Of a stretch of DNA of 64,000 nt, positions 61,101-64,000 are shown piece by piece. A program made the translations under genes and the position numbers. The stretch covers positions 62,001 to 126,000 of the forward strand of contig JAPMXV010000013.1 in NCBI GenBank assembly GCA_026936335.1. Reading direction: 5' to 3'. Every line of letters starts with the position of its first letter. Within the stretch, counting starts at the first letter, position 1. The notes under the pieces are model-generated. The model was given only the letters and a program-made list of their open reading frames with translations. It ran no database searches and was not told where the DNA came from. The stretch is from Mantamonas sphyraenae STR306 (Eukaryota > Protista > CRuMs).

Positions 61101-64000
61101 GGTCGCCGTCGTTCACGGCGGCCACGTTGGGTGCCACCACCACGAGTTCTACTTCAATCTGGTCGTCGCTGCTGACCACATTGTCCGGCACGTTGACGAG
61201 GGTGCCAAAGGAAAACACAGCTGTGTCCAGCAGGCCGTCACCGGTGGCACGCAGATCCTGGTGCAGGGCACTGGCACCCACGGCCAAGAGCGAACCCTGG
61301 ATGTTGGCACCAATGCGCACCACCGATGAACTGACAATGGCCAGCGGACCGGGCGTCAGTGGCAGGGTGATGGTGAGGGTGTTTGTCTGTGTGCCTTCAA
61401 TCAGAGTGGTGACGTGTCGCATTGTCATGCGCTCACCCACAGTCATGTCCGGCACGGTGACGCGGTCGATGGCACTCGTCGTCTGAGCCAGGCTTGTGTT
61501 GAGCACCACAAACGTCGTGGTGGGCACCGGGGTGCTGATGCTGACACCGGTTGAAATCAGGTACACACGTCCACCGGGTGTGTTGGACGACACACTCACC
61601 ACCGCATCCAACGCAGAGTTGGGACGCACGGCGTTGGTGACCCGTGCCGCGTACGTGACGGTAATGTTCTCGGCCACACCCAGGAGCGACTTTGTGACGA
61701 GCACCGTCGTGTTGGCTGCATCGTTGCCCGACACAATGACGCCTGCACTCGTGTTGACACTGCCCACAATCAATTCCAGATCGTCGGGAAACACATCGGC
61801 AATCTCTAGGGAGAATGCACTGGTGGTGGAGTCTGGTCGATGCACCACACGCACCGTGTACAGGATCACGTCACCGGCGTCGGCCTGTGTGCGGTTGGCT
61901 GTCATCGTGGCTGTCAACAGCGGCTCCACAACATCCATGCCCAGAGACACGTGCTGCACACCCGTGTCGGTGGCATACGTGCCATACGCGGTCAGAAGCA
62001 CGCCGTTGGTGTTGGCCACATTGTCTGGGATGACACCCACCACGCGCACCTGCACGACGTCTGCGTCGCTGTCCACGTTGTCCGCCGTGTTGACCACCCA
62101 TCCACCAAAGTCGAATGTGACTGTGTCGTTGAGACCATCGCCATGTACGGCATCTGTGTGCACGCCGGCCTGGCCCAAGGCCAGTGTGGCATTCTGCACA
62201 TTGCTGCCCACATACGTCACCTCGCTGCTCACCACCTGCCCGCGTCCTGTGCCCGTGGGCATACGCACCGTCAAGGCCAATGCCTGCGTGCCCTCGGGCA
62301 AGCGCACGCGCATGTCAAGCGTGAACTGTTCGCCCACAGCCAGATCGACCAAATCGGCGCGGAATTCTCCGTACGCCGTCTGTTCCACCGAGGTGGCGGT
62401 GATGTTGAACAGTTCCACCGTGGCCTGGTCGGTCAACACACTCGTGTCTGCCGCACTGCTGTACTCGCGTGCATACGTGTGCGACGCGGCCGAGTGCCAC
62501 GAGCTGTTGCCGGTCAACGCAAAGGTGTTGTTGATACGCGCCGCATCGGTCAACGTGGCCTCAAACACAAGCCACGCGGCCCCTCCTGCTCCGCCCAGAT
62601 CCAACACATCGACTGTCATTGTCACGCGTCCGGCACCCACATCGACACTGGTGGTTGTTCCCACGCCTCCGGCAGCCGCCACAGACGCAGCCTGCACCTG
62701 CAGCTCTGCAGGGACACGCACCTCCACCGTGGCATTGTAGGCGGGTGCGTCGCTGGCACTCTGGTGGGCCAGTGTGTAGTTGACGGCAATCGTGTCGCCT
62801 GCATCCAGACGCTGGGTGGGCGACGATGTGTTCAGGGAGACAAACAGCTGCAGTTCCGGTTCGACCACATCCACGCGCACGACATCCACAAAGACACCGT
62901 TCACGTGGTCAAAGTACGCCGTGGCAGCCAGTTGCACAGCGTCGGTGTTGAGCAAGGCTCCCCCCGAAGTGCGCACGTCGGCGGCGACCACATCCACCTC
63001 CACCACAATCTCGTCACCTGCGTCCGCGCTGTTGTCGCCCGTGTTGACCACGGAGCTGCCAAAGTCAAACAGAGCCTGCTGGCCACTGACAAGACTCGAG
63101 GCAGGCTGGCCCACACCCAAACTGGCGTTGGTGATACCTGCGCCCACAGAGACCACACGCGATGCAACCACATCCAAGCGTCCGGCGGGTGTGGATGCAA
63201 GGTGCAGCGTCAAATTGACGCGCTGCGTGCCTTCCATGAGTTGCACGCGCTGCTGCAGCGTGAACAGCTCGCCCACAGCCACGTCGACCACGGCGGGCGA
63301 GTGGCGTGAGGCATTGGTTTCCACGAGCGCGGTGTTGACCAGGGAAAGAGTGGATGCAATTGGCGCACGCACAGCCACAGTGAGGGTGGCATTCGTGGCA
63401 AAGGGGCGTCCGAGGTGGTTGGGAAAGTCGGAATCCCAAATGAGGCTGGGCGTGAGTTGGACGAAGCCACTGGCACGCACCGAATCCAACACACGCACGA
63501 GGTATGTCACTGTCAGGAAGCCATCGACGTTGACGGCGTCCGAATCCACTTGCACGGTGCCCGTGGAGGAAACCACCGTCCATGGCTGCGTCGTCTGCAC
63601 ACCCACGCTGTTGTTGAGCAACTGCAGAGGCGACGGTACGGCGTCACTGAGCATCAGATCAAAGGCATTTCCCACCGTGGTGGGCTTGTGCGACACCGTC
63701 ACATTGATGGCCAACACGTCGCCTGCGTCGACCAGCGTGGCATTGGCACTGATTTCCAGTTGCAAGTCAGGGATGACACCCCAGTCACCTGCCAGGGGCG
63801 GCGATGTGAGCGCGGAAGGAAGCGACTCGTTGGCTGCGTTGCGCAAGCCGGCGCTCACACGCGGCGTCACCACAAAGCCACCGATGGCCGGCGTGGGTGC
63901 ACTGCCCACGTCGTGGATGGTGATCAGCACGGTGGAGCCGTTGGTCCACACGCCCGTGTAGTTTGTGCCCAACGGGGTGGAAAACACAAAGAGGGCATCG
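39978..64000 (-). CDS. Giant (>8000 aa) intronless single-pass surface glycoprotein with DUF11/isopeptide-pilin-like, Big_9-like and GDWG-type repeats; 5' end outside the window
   Basis: ORFs 53290-63987, 47312-53293 and 39978-47315 continue the same repeat register across a 2-nt insertion (about 53300) and a 1-nt deletion (about 47345). TM VITILGVVVGVLACCFVGVLW-RRKK at about 41180-41255, followed by a cytosolic tail of about 400 aa. Confidence 0.88.
50717..56566. repeat. Near-identical coding tandem repeat, period 1809 bp (894+915 sub-units), about 3.2 copies
   Basis: Matching shadow ORFs start at 50737, 51652, 52546, 53463, 54357, 55272 and 56166 (spacings 915, 894, 917, 894, 915, 894). 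Differences between copies are mostly synonymous. Confidence 0.97.

Overview
Compact, GC-rich eukaryotic (protist-like) genomic DNA. I can build 24 protein-coding gene models. Introns are short canonical GT-AG introns (about 74-320 nt), biased to the 5' ends of genes and often carrying CA/TG microsatellites. Positions 1-40 kb hold mostly housekeeping genes: Med19-like, TTF1/Reb1-like Myb, COA6, SDR, UPF0489, transportin, Tim17, ferlin, S10 carboxypeptidase, MOB4, anoctamin, ALG11, B12D/NDUFA4, S1/P1 nuclease, UBE2F and an elongase. They are packed with gaps of 0-407 bp and alternate strands almost strictly. This stretch also carries a kinase-less ankyrin-LRR-Roc-COR (Roco) gene of about 2280 aa. 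The last 24 kb is one intronless minus-strand gene, open at the window edge, encoding a >8000-aa single-pass surface protein. It is built largely from bacterial-type DUF11/isopeptide-pilin-like modules and contains a recently amplified, near-identical 1809-bp tandem array. Candidate cis-signals: a palindromic TGTACA motif in convergent gaps and CCACCGCAA upstream of genes. Three apparent frameshifts all sit in short homopolymer or dinucleotide runs and are probably assembly errors. No rRNA, tRNA, CRISPR array or transposon was recognised. Family calls rest on motifs recognised by eye, not database searches.
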